From Gnetum montanum (taxonomy: Eukaryota; Plantae; Gnetophyta): a stretch of 64,000 bases of DNA. The stretch covers positions 220,659 to 284,658 of the forward strand of contig MNCI01000286.1 of NCBI GenBank assembly GCA_015680685.1, read 5' to 3'. A model generated the notes under the pieces. It made no database searches and was not told where the DNA came from. It was given only the letters and a program-made list of their open reading frames with translations. The position numbers and the translations under genes were made by a program. Below are positions 53,011 through 64,000 of this stretch, one piece after another; the stretch's first letter is position 1; each line of letters begins with the position of its first letter.

Positions 53011-54339
53011 TTGAACGGGCTTGACGCCGATAATATGGCCATAAAGCACTTGAATCTTGAGTTAAAGATCAACGGTAGACAAAACGACAATCACTGCAAT
53101 CAAATCTACCCAAATATGGGGTTTCCTGTTGCCGCCTTCCGAGACACTACGTCATTTTTTTTGAAAAAAACCTAGAATGAAAAATGCAGCGTGCAACTGC
53201 GCTGCGTGGGCACATCGTAGCCACCGTGTCCTTGCCAAAAAACCAAAACTTGAACATGCGGGCCCTGCTCCGAATTAGGTTTTCATGGGTTTAACAGTTT
53301 GTCAATATTTATCCCAAATTGTGAATCTCCAACGCATCGAAAATCTTAAGATATTTAGTCTAATTGTTTGGAAAATTTATCGTTCCATGCCATATTTTTC
53401 TATAATAATGCATTTTATTCCAACATAGGAAAATGTCCATTTATAGAAAACTATGTATAGAATCCAAGAATGTTGGATGATTTGAAGCATTTTGATGGGG
53501 AGGCACAATCAACATTCAATTTATTTAAGACATGAAGGATTTGCATTTCTAAGTGAGGATATGATTAATAAATAAGGCTAAAGAAATATTCCAAAAGAAG
53601 AAAACAGATAAGAGAAAGTTAAAATTTGAGTTTGGTAATCTTGTTTAGATTTTTTTGAGGAAGAAGAAGTTGACGGAAGTGAACTTCTCTGAGTTGAAAG
53701 TTAAGAATATGGGGCCTTTCAAAATCAAGATCAAAATTCATGCTAATGATTTTAAAATATTAATGTTTGATGATGTTGGCATGTCTTTTGTGTTTAATAT
53801 TATAGATTTGATTCATTATCATGAGCTAATTGATGATGATACTATGAAGAGCAACTTGGATGATTTGAGGGCTATTATGTTGATCATAAGTATTTCATAG
53901 AGAGAAAGGAAATAATTTCAAAGAAAAAAAAGCTTCATCTACAAATAAGGAAAAGAAATTTAAGTACTTGGTTCATTGAAAGAATCAAAATATTAATGAT
54001 GTTATTTGTATTTATAAAAATCAACTAGTTAAGTGGGGTATCACTACTATCCTTAAACATTTATTCACTTAAGCTTAACTTTTGAAGGGTGGAAGACCAT
54101 TTTAAGTTGCAATTTTCCTAGCTTTGTTTGTTCTAAGGATCTCAGAAAGTTTGTAAGTGTAATTTGGAGTTGTTTGAAGTTCATTTGTGCATTTTGGCTA
54201 TGTTAGGCATGTAGTTGTGGCTAGGTGTAACTCATAGCTAGTCATAGTGAGGGATTGTAAGCTAGTTGTAACTTGCAAAGACTCATCGTAAGCTAAAAAT
54301 TAATTTGGTTAAATTTTTAGGTTGTATTTATCACTAAAA

Positions 54340-57300
54340 TGTAAGACCATACTAACCTAGGATTAGGCTTGAAATTCATTATGTAAAAAAAGTAAGTGCA
54401 GTTTAATGAAAATTGAAGGATGCTAATAGAATTTATAGGCAAAGTAGTAAGCATCCATAAACAACATGTAGAGGGGCACAAAAATTGCAAATTAAATAAA
54501 ATTAAAAATTATAAGACAATAGCCCATTATGTATGAAACCTAACTTGCTCATCAAGTAAGATAGTCTCATAGCCCTAATGCTTAAGCCAAAATGCATAAT
54601 AGCTAAAAATTAATAGCATAGTAGAAAATAATATAATATATTAACTCAAATCAAAGAATTAGACTACTAGTGTTCCAAATGGAATAAATTGTTCAAATTC
54701 ATATTAATTCCAAATATCACCAAACTTAATAATTAGAAAGTAAAGATAGGCTTGCATCAAAGATATAACAATGATAGATCAATAGATCAGAGTATCATGA
54801 ATAAAATAGTACATCAAAATCAATAAAAACCCTAGGAGAATGATATAGCAATGATTGTGTAGCTCTCAATAACCTAAGAAATATGGCAACCCTTTCAAAA
54901 GCTCATCCGATGCAAATACTTAATCAATGCTAAAGTCTTCATGTCTAATCTAATGAGATAAATTCCATGATTTCCTTGGATTTCTTGTATTGGTAAAGGT
55001 TTGAACATGTTTTTTAATAACCCTTGCATATAAGAAAGTTTCCTTTGGAGAATTAGAGTTTGAGAAATGAATAGAAATGAATTTTTTGTTTCCTCCAATA
55101 GCTACTTGGGACATCCCATTTGAGACTTGAATTCTCACTCTACAAGGGCTAGCATTTGGATGGGATGTCTAAGAATTGCTGGAACATCCACTTTGACATC
55201 TACTCTAACTTTAGTGAGATGTTCATACTTTGGCTTAAAAGTTCATCCTATGGGATGTCCATCTTCTAGGATGGACGTCCATCCTAGCTAGACATGGAAG
55301 TTTGAGATCATTTTTCATATTGCTAGGACATTCACAATAAATTTGGGACATCCATCCTAGGTTGGGGCATTTACTTTTTGGTTGGGATGTTTATCCTTTA
55401 ACGAGGATGTCCCAAAAATGTTGGGACTTCCCACCTGAATATTCATGTGATATCTGAGGTTCTTCAAAACTCTTGTTTAATGGTCTTCAATAATAAAAAG
55501 TCTTTCAAAATATGACTTTTCACTTCAATCTCACCTTAAACCCACTAAGTGTTCATTTAGAAGTTTTCATAAAAAACTTAAGACTTTACAAATTTGAGTT
55601 TGAGACTTTCTAAGAAAATTTGAGACTTCTTAAGTATTGATATAATTCTATCATTCCATGGTGTAGTTGGGATAAACTTAAAGGTTTACATCAAATGGGA
55701 AATTCTTTCATAAAGAGCTAAGAAATAGTTCTAAGGAAATATGTGATTGTAATCAAAGGCCTAAAATATGCATGGATTCCATGCTTAAATGAACTTTTTA
55801 TTAAGGGATGGATGCTTAAAAGTTAAGCACAAGTTTTTGATAAACTAAAAAGGGTAAAGGTAGAAGAATCTAAAAATGAAAGCTCATACTTTCAAAGTCA
55901 AGTTAATGGAGTTACATGTTTAAAACCAAGATTTTGAATCTAGCTTAAGAAATTTCCATTGAATCATAATAGTAATCACTACAGAGAGAAGTTAAGTACA
56001 TATCTTCAATATTAAGCTCTAGTAAATGATAAAATAATTTAGCAAAATGGACCAAAAGCTATTGAGTTTATAGTGTAAAAAATCCTTTTACATGAATCAA
56101 AATCTATGAACTTGATAAACTAATGATAGCATTTTGGATCTATAACATCTCACTACTCATGATTATTTAATTACTCAAGCTTATGGCTAGAACCAAAATT
56201 TGATTCTATGAAGCTTTTCTACATTTGCAAGTTTAAAACACATAAGGAAAAAACCCACAATGATGGAAGTACTACCCAAAGGTTAGAATCAAGCTTTAGG
56301 GTAAAATATAACTAAATTAGTTTTTACCTCTCAATAGACATAGATCATGGTGGGGATAGAAGCATGTCTACAACTTCTTTTGGTAGAACCAAAATTTGAT
56401 TCTAAATAAGGGCTCAGTTATTATAGAAGAAGTGCCATAAGAATCCATCATTAAAATGGATTTTGGCTTCTACGAAGCTTCCCTCATGTAAGCTTATGGG
56501 ATAAGCTTATACCTTTTGGATGTAAGACCTAGATTAAGTCATAGCATAGGTTATGATTAAGAGCTTGTTTTACTCAAAAGATAGGATGAAATGAGCTTAG
56601 AAATTTTATTAAGATTATAAGAATTATGTAAAGGAACTTAAGAAAATAGGCATGTGCTAAATAAAATTTTTAATCCAACTAAGCATAGTGTGGACTAGTG
56701 AAGTTCGAAAGAGGAGAGATCTTGACAAAGTTATTTAGAACCATTTCATAGAACCAAAATTCAATTCTACAAGTTTGGCTCTATAAAGAGCACATGAAAA
56801 GGAATCAATTTTTGTTTCTATTAGACTCTTTCCTCACATCAACCATAATGAATATACTAACATTAGTCCTTCATTTAGTAGCACCAAAATTAGCTCTAAA
56901 AGTCTTAGTATCATGTAAGTTATGGCATGTTATAATCATATTGTGAAGATTGTAGAATAAAAAATTAATTTTGATGAAGTTCATGAATTTGGTTCTACAA
57001 GAAAGCTTTAGTTGTGCCTAGAAACATTAGCTTTAATTTATGGAAATAGCTTTTAAAATCAAACATTAATTCTACAAGCCAAAGCTTAGAAGAAAAATTT
57101 GATTCTAGAAGAAACCCAGTGTCTATTCTATGAGAAGTTAAAGTTCCATCTACACTTGCTACATTATCAAAAGTTTTAGAATCAAAATTAAGCTCAAAAT
57201 GGTTCTACAAGAGAATTGGAACCCATGATAAATAAACAAAAAGTATAGAACCATGTATGAATTATTTGGTATTGATGAAAGAATGCTACTAGAAGTAATA

Positions 57301-60300
57301 TTTGGTTCTAATAGTTTGGATGCCTAAACAATTAAGTGGACTATAGGAAATATTTTTCTAAAAAGAGCTAAAAGGCTTTTAGAACTAAAAAGTAGTTTTA
57401 AAAAGAAGCTTGAAATCAGTTCTACTAAAAAGCTCAATGTGCTACATGAGTAGATGACCCATCATGATAACACAAAATCATGTAGAATCAAAATTTATTT
57501 TTAGAATAAAATGTAGGTTAGAAGGAGCTCATTCTATAGAAAGCCACTAGAAATAAAAAATGGTTCTAAAGATCAACTCAAGGCATTAATGCCATGTTAA
57601 GAAGGCCTTGTAGAATCTCAAAATGATTTTAAAGGGAGGCTTAAATTTGGTTCTACAAGAAATTGAGTGGGCCTACCAATGCTTAAGAAAAGTATTACTA
57701 AAATTTAAATTTTATTTTAAGAGCTCAACTATTAGAGAAAGCTTATATAATGTTTACTTTACATTAGCTTGTAATCAAGCCTTAACAACAATAGTTTGGG
57801 ATAAATTTAGTTAAATTGATAAGAGATATGATTTGAACCTTGAATCAGTTAGGTTTTGCTATTACATTATATTAATTTTAAAAGCTTATTGATCAAAAGA
57901 ATTTGAATCCAAGTAATTAAAAAGGTAGTTTGGAGAATTTAAAATATTACAAAGCTCTTGAAAAAATGGAAAGATTTGATTCAAATGACTTACCTTGATA
58001 CAAGAAAATTAAATTTGGGATTCTTTTCAAATAAGAAAAGGTTATCAAGTTAGAAAATTTTAACCTTTAAAACCTCTAAGAATAGAGTAAAGTTACATAG
58101 CTAAGAGTGAATATTGAACTAAGTTTCAAGTCTCCAATGCAACTTCTAGCTCTTAAGGTTTTCAAAATGTCTCACAAGAAAAGAAAGGAATCATTCCAAA
58201 ATTTTCAAGATATTGACACCTTCTATATTTCTAATTATTTTCATCTTTTTAATGTTATTGTCTTTCAACTTCAATAGTAGATTTATGTTGAGTACTTGGA
58301 GATGGAACATGATAGAGATGATTTATTTATCTTTGATGAAAAGCATGACATTGCCAAAAACGTTGGGCTTATAGGTTTCCAATTAATGGAATAATGGTAT
58401 TAAATTTATGAAAAAATGGGTTTGCATAAGTTAGGATTCTAGCCAAGGATAGATATTATTTGTGATGTGATCTATAGGTTAATAATTGAAATCATATATA
58501 AAAAAAGATAAGCTATGTTTCAAGAATAATGCTGAGTGATACATTTATATTAGTGCTAGAATAGCATACAAATCATATGGGATTGTAAAGCTAAATTATC
58601 ACATTCCCATTCTCGAATGGTGTTGTTGCATGAGTTGGTTGGAGGCTAAAGTGGTATACATCTTATTGATTATTTTGGTTAACTAACTAAGTTTCCAACT
58701 AATTATTTTTTTGGATTGATAATAATTAGCTACATTACCTAGACTCTTAACAACCATTTTACCTCCCTCAGAACACTAACTCTAGTAGTGTAACTAATGA
58801 CATACTAAACTAAGACTATCCATCTACATAGTCTAAGAATCTAATCCTAAGGCCCAAGATGGCCAACAAGGTTAGATCATTAGTCCCAATAATTAAATTA
58901 TTATAAATGGTTAGTTAGTCTAAGTTATTACCACTTACTATATAGTTTAAGATGTCACCTAATTGTTGGATACCTAGATGAGGAATTTGATCTTACCATT
59001 GAGTTTAGAAGGTTGAAAAATGTTAGAAACAACTATTCATATATTAGAAATGGACATCATATGCCTAAGTTATGCTAAAATTGAGCCTTTAAGGGTCTTG
59101 AAGCATCATGTTGGGCAAGGAGAAAAAACTAATTTTTGGAGCTCTATGACGTAAATTTTGCATAGGAAGCAGCGATAGTTGGCTATTTGCCTAAGTTTTT
59201 GGAATAAAAGCTTTGATCACTTTTTTATTTTAATAATTAATAATTTATTATTTTTATAAAGTACACATAATGAGAATCTTTAAATGATGATATCTCCCAA
59301 ATTTTATGTCTAATTGGCATAAAATTTATACTATTGAAATTATCTTGATGAGTACTATGCATTAGGCATCAATGTGTAGAACATAAGTTAGATTTTTAAG
59401 ATTTGAAAGAATCAAAATAGCCTATTTTGCTAAATTGACATTACTAGGTTGATGTATGGACTTCATGAAGACTTCTAGGTGACTTGTATTTGATTATAAA
59501 TGATATATTGACCAAAATGGAATACATATATCTTTAAAAATTTTCAGCTGAAGAAGACCTATTCTCTTAGATCATGGTTATACCCTAGCAAGATACTAAG
59601 GAAAGGGTTAGCCAAGTAAGACCTAACAACATTAGCCATTAAGTGTTGGTTTCCCTATGGATCTTATGATAAGCCTTATTGGTTAAGTAGGATGAAATAA
59701 ACCTTTGACTAGGTTGACCACCTTAAATTTACCAATGTATAGGTCTTAGGTAGAGAATGAACAATGCTAAGTTACAGGTGTTAGGTATTTAGAGAAACTA
59801 AGTTGCAAATAAGATAAGATCAACTTAGGCCATGGTTACTAGACTTGGGATGGAACTTGAAATAACCTTAATCAATTAAAATTATAACAATACTACAAGA
59901 TGGGTATCTAATATCTCTTGTGGTTGATGTACCTTGTTGAGGCATAATCAAATCTTCTAGTCAGTAATATCTATGAAAGTCACTAAAGAATCTTGTTGGT
60001 TGATAGGGTTCATGTTAAACATGATGCACATTCATTGTCTCTTATAGATGTCTAATCCAGTGTCCATGAAAATCACTAGAAGAATATCTTCTTGCTTACA
60101 TGTTAATCTCACATATAAGGCACATCTCATGGTGATGGTTCATAACTCTTCTTAGGTCATGGGTTCTTGATTCATCATCAAATTATAGTTAGTCCTTCAT
60201 TTTGATTAGCCCTTGGGTCATGGTTTGTTATAATACCAAATGTAATATCCTATTCTTAGATGTCATGGCAAACATCAAATATACATTACATTTGAGATTC

Positions 60301-60763
60301 TGCATATAAAAATAATAGGAAAATGTAGAAGAAAAAAAGAAAAGAATGTTTTATTAAAATGGAATAATGTATCTGGGTCATGCTATGAGTGTTCCTTGGG
60401 GTTATCTTCATTCAGCATCTATCCCTTAGAGGCTATTTAGCATTGCCACCATAGTTAGGCCTACAACTAGCTAGAAGGGATGACTAGTCATCTTCCTATC
60501 TTGCTTCATCTAGTGACACCTATTACTCACCTTTACTAGCTCTAGAACTTCATGCTAATATGACCTATAATGCTTAGGTATAAATTCCTTAGGTCAAATG
60601 TCCAAAGGTCACCTCAAGAGACATGCTTGTTATTACAATGTGTTCTTTTGGGTCTTAATTAAAACTTGCTCTTTTGGATCTTATTACAATAATTACAATA
60701 CTTGTTATGAAGTAACATCATCTTTGTTATGCAATGAAACCATTTTGGAATGAGGATGTGACA
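54340..60763. mobile_element. Long non-coding LTR-like region, possibly one or more Tekay/Del-type LTRs
   Basis: tgtaagacc at 54340 and 56521; gaggatgtgaca end at 60763; tactcacc motif near 60525; internal motif arrays. No TSD found. Confidence 0.35.
56180..57700. repeat. Dispersed array of 21-bp imperfect palindromes TAGAA-N11-TTCTA
   Basis: Copies at 56188, 56384, 56749, 57087, 57290 and 57548, plus half-sites. Confidence 0.7.
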
Positions 60764-62184
60764 CAAATATTAGTAAGAGGAAATAATAGTATATCAATGA
60801 TGTGGTCTTGACTAGGAAATTCTTACTACATCCTATGATTGAAAAGGTTGTCAAGCTGACATTGCAATAGCTTTCCAAAGCTTAGGAATACAAGAGTGTC
60901 ATTATGAAGGCCACTATGCTTAGGTTCCCTCATAGAGTTTTTATTTCAAATTTTTGTTTCTATTTAGGGTGGGAAATTAATTCTATTAAGGACTTTCATC
61001 TTTGAATAATAGAAACACTAGAAAATAATAGAAATTTCTTTCCTATGCAATATATGAATGATGTGTTGTAGCTAAGCCTATCAAAAATTCATGAGTAGGA
61101 AGCACAACTAAGTTTAAGTTGAATTTTTATGGATTGCATTTTGAGTGAAGTTTCTAAGTCAAGGCATAGAACACCCATATTTATAAACTATAGTTCATAG
61201 CATAGGACTCAACCAGAAGACCCCTACTATGAGTTCTTTTCAATAATTTATCATAAAAGCTATCTCAACTTACAAGGGCCTAAATTCTTAATGAATTGTG
61301 TTTATCCCATATTATTTAGATTCATTTTGAGAATTTTTTCATCCAAAATAGATTATCAAATAATAGAAGAAATCAAGAACAAATGCCATGGAGCTGTTTT
61401 TTTCATGAAATATTTATGGTAATATTCATAGTTTTTTCGAAGGATAGGCTCGTAAGATCCCTATATTTGTACTCCATATTTGGTAGCTTTGGAATTGGAA
61501 AGATAGATGTGGAAGAGTCCTTTGTATATGATTATATATGCAAGAAAAAGTTTCCTATGAAGTTTGGTTTTTGAAAATTCATCCATGATGAACACTTAAA
61601 AAGAATGACCAAAGGGCATATAGAATAATGTGATTTACTAGTTTTTCCCAAAAGGATTTACTCAACAATAAAGCTTAGGAAAGTGCATCAACTAGACAAC
61701 ATAAATAGTGTCTATCAAAGAACTATAGACAAGGAGGCAAATCAAGAAATGGTGAAGTAGAGGGAAAATTAACACTCCCAAGAATGTTATATGATAAGCC
61801 CAATGTGAAACTATGTTGTTGGCTAGAGAGCAGAGATTACCCATTATCCATGGATTTTTTCAAGGAGCACCTTGTAATAATGGAAGAAAATTATTTTTCT
61901 TTAAAGCTTAATAACTCTAAAGAAGCATATCCTAATAAGAGGCTTTCTTTTGATAATGCTAAATTTCTAAGAGTTTAGATAGTAAGGAAAGCTTAAATTC
62001 ATAAGATTAAAATAAGGAAAGAGCAACAACAAAAACTACCTAAGCAATAGTAGCAAGAGCAACAACAAGAGCTAATTCATTAGTAGTAATACTAGGAACA
62101 ATAACAAGAGCTAATTCATTAGTAGCAATAATGAGAGCTTCATCCTTGAATCTTCATCTTACCACTCTAGAGTTTCTAGTAGGG

Positions 62185-63017
62185 TGATGAGTTATCATTT
62201 TGTTGGTTGCGATATCGTGTATGTGATATCACATACACGATATCACATACGTGATATCGTAGCCTGTCTCCTCATCTATAAATAAGAGGTAAACAGTTCT
62301 AGTAGGGATTTTTTTAGAGTTATTAAGTTTAAGTTTTCAATATTTTTTTAGTATGTCAATTTTTCCTCTCAACCCTTTTCTTCCAATGCATGCCTACAGT
62401 GTGGTGATTGTAATTATACGACATCCTTATTCGAGTGTGACGTACTTGGACACGCACATGATTGACAATAAAGATCGAGATTACTTCATCATTGCAGCAT
62501 CCACTTAGCTTAATTATTTATTCAATTGTTATTTATTGCTTTCTTAGTTAACATCTTCTTACCCTAAACTCCTATTAAACGTATAATGAGTATGACTTAA
62601 TCACGAGCATTCAAGTGTGACTACTTGGTAACCCAGTAGCGTACTTAGGCCATGCACTTGGTAATCCCAGTGGTAGTCATGCACGAGGTCCAAGATGTGT
62701 ATGGATGATTGAGGAATGGATGCTCATCGCACTTAGGCTAGTTAGATTCTCTATCACTTTCTCTCTCCTAGCTTAGTTCATATTATTTTCCATTATCTCC
62801 AGGAGTAGCATTAGTATAGGAACACATCATACACCTCACTCTAGACTAAATCATACATGACAAAGTTAACACTAGTCCAAATGGGAAGATAGTGAACTGC
62901 AACCTAAGAATAACTGTCTAGATACCATAACTAGTCTGTTTGTGAAGTTCGATTGGATCGTGCATGAAATGCTCGTATTCGTATGGTTGAGTGTAGGGGG
63001 TACCTCGCCACTCATCA
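62185..63017 (+). mobile_element. 5' LTR of Athila-like element (833 bp)
   Basis: tgatgag...ctcatca, GATATC repeats and ctataaataagagg; homologous to 1548-2532. Followed by PBS ttggggccattgctagggat (degenerate tRNA-Asp PBS tggcgccgttgccggggat). Confidence 0.9.
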
Positions 63018-63399
63018 TTGGGGCCATTGCTAGGGATGATGCTAGTTATCTAGATTAGTTATATCATACAAGGTTGTTGTATAGGGATTAATGACATATC
63101 TGTTAGGAAGAAATAGTTATGAAAATTCACATACAAATTCACACACAATCTCACAACCATGCCTCTCCTACAAGATTACGAAAATGCCACATCTAGTGAG
63201 GAAATTTATTGGAGAACCAACGAATTATATGACAATGAATATTGGAGTACGCAATCTAAGGTGGGGCTTTCTTATAAACGTAAATGAAGGCAACATCATC
63301 CCAACGCATGAAAGCATAACCTACTCGATGACGATGAACCCCTATTGGCCACTACAAGCTAACGCAAATACAAGAGGCTGTCCAAATCTCCCGTAGGCA

Positions 63400-64000
63400 T
63401 CGTAAAGAGAGCCACCTACCTAGGCTCGATTTAAAAAACTTTTCCAATTGCTTAGGAGGCTATGACTTAGATCCACAACAACATTTACAAGCCTTCTACA
63501 ATGCCTGTGCATGGAACAACATTGATAACGGTTGGAAAAAACTTAAGCTCTTTCCTATGACACTCGTTGGCCAAGAAAAAATATGGTATAGATCATTAAA
63601 ACCAAAGTCAATTTGACGTTGGGCAACAATGGTAGAACTCTTTAACGAAAGATATCAAACTTATGCAAGAGTGTCAGCCTTGAGGAAACAAATCCAAGAG
63701 TGGAAACAAGCACAACATGAACCCTTGGACATGGCCTTAGAAAGATATTATGCACTGTTAAAAAACTGTCTAGGTCATGAGTTATCTGAGGAAAGGCTAA
63801 TGTACCATATCATTGATGGGCTTTGTGATGAAATAAGAGAGACCTTAGGAATGTATGCCCAAGGTCAACTATACAAACTATGAATCCATTAATTCCAAGA
63901 GCTTATTAAGCGAGTAGCAAAAGAAGAAGGAGAAATGGCTAGATGGGAGAGTGTTGAAAAACATCAATGTGACCAAAATCTCAACTTAACAAAGGTCCAT
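63400..64000 (+). pseudogene. Athila-like gag remnant (runs off window)
   Basis: PQQHLQAFYNAC...LKLFPMTLVG...WYRSLKPKSI, then ELFNERYQTYARVSALRKQIQEWKQ (63629-63883). Homologous to gag at 33700-34100. Confidence 0.85.

Larger units (their letters stand above)
47912..53338 (-). mobile_element. Full-length L1-clade LINE (~5.4 kb) with 20-bp TSD
   Basis: TSD gaaaatcttaagatatttag at 47892-47911 and 53339-53358. CpG-rich 5' UTR, ORF1 and ORF2 present. Inserted in the gypsy integrase. Confidence 0.93.
36734..54100 (+). mobile_element. Chromodomain-bearing Ty3/gypsy element (chromovirus-type), very degraded, split by three insertions
   Basis: gag knuckle remnant IQCFRYGEIKHKQC (~36838). RT EWLVMPFDLTN...VFFDDIMMYS (38046-38231), continuing at 43053-43120. 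RH VVLFQ...FFSEKL (~46640-46990). INT SVSMDFI (47526-47900) and GPF module (53655-53820). Chromodomain-like KYLVH*KNQ (~53960). Confidence 0.8.

Noticed and set aside
56180-57700. CRISPR-like array
   Set aside because: Eukaryotic context, degenerate repeats, irregular spacing, no cas genes.

Overview
Repeat-dominated nuclear DNA from a land plant: AT-rich, heavily C>T decayed, with spliceosomal introns and a scaffold gap at 47931-48075. It is not prokaryotic, and I found no CRISPR arrays or rRNA. I can support one intact host gene, a 4-exon gene for a ~226-aa acidic protein ending in SLQPPKKRKK (6868-9133, +). There is also a pseudogenised last exon of an amino acid permease (44345-44988). 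Most of the rest is nested retroelements. (1) At least five copies of one Athila-like Ty3/gypsy LTR family (tgatgag...ctcatca, tRNA-Asp PBS). One is a complete 12.6-kb element (22892-35509, cttta TSD) inserted into the gag of (2) a SIRE/Maximus-like Ty1/copia element, whose RNase H region is tandemly triplicated. (3) A chromodomain-bearing Ty3/gypsy element (~36734-54100, +) interrupted three times: by a 4.5-kb non-autonomous LTR element (gtggg TSD), by a ~3.5-kb segment carrying the permease exon, and by (4) a full-length L1-type LINE with a perfect 20-bp TSD whose 3' end reads poly(C) rather than poly(A). The most interesting leads are the poly(C)-tailed LINE and the captured permease exon. 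Both lie next to assembly gaps and need long-read confirmation. Boundaries without a stated TSD or terminal motif are approximate.
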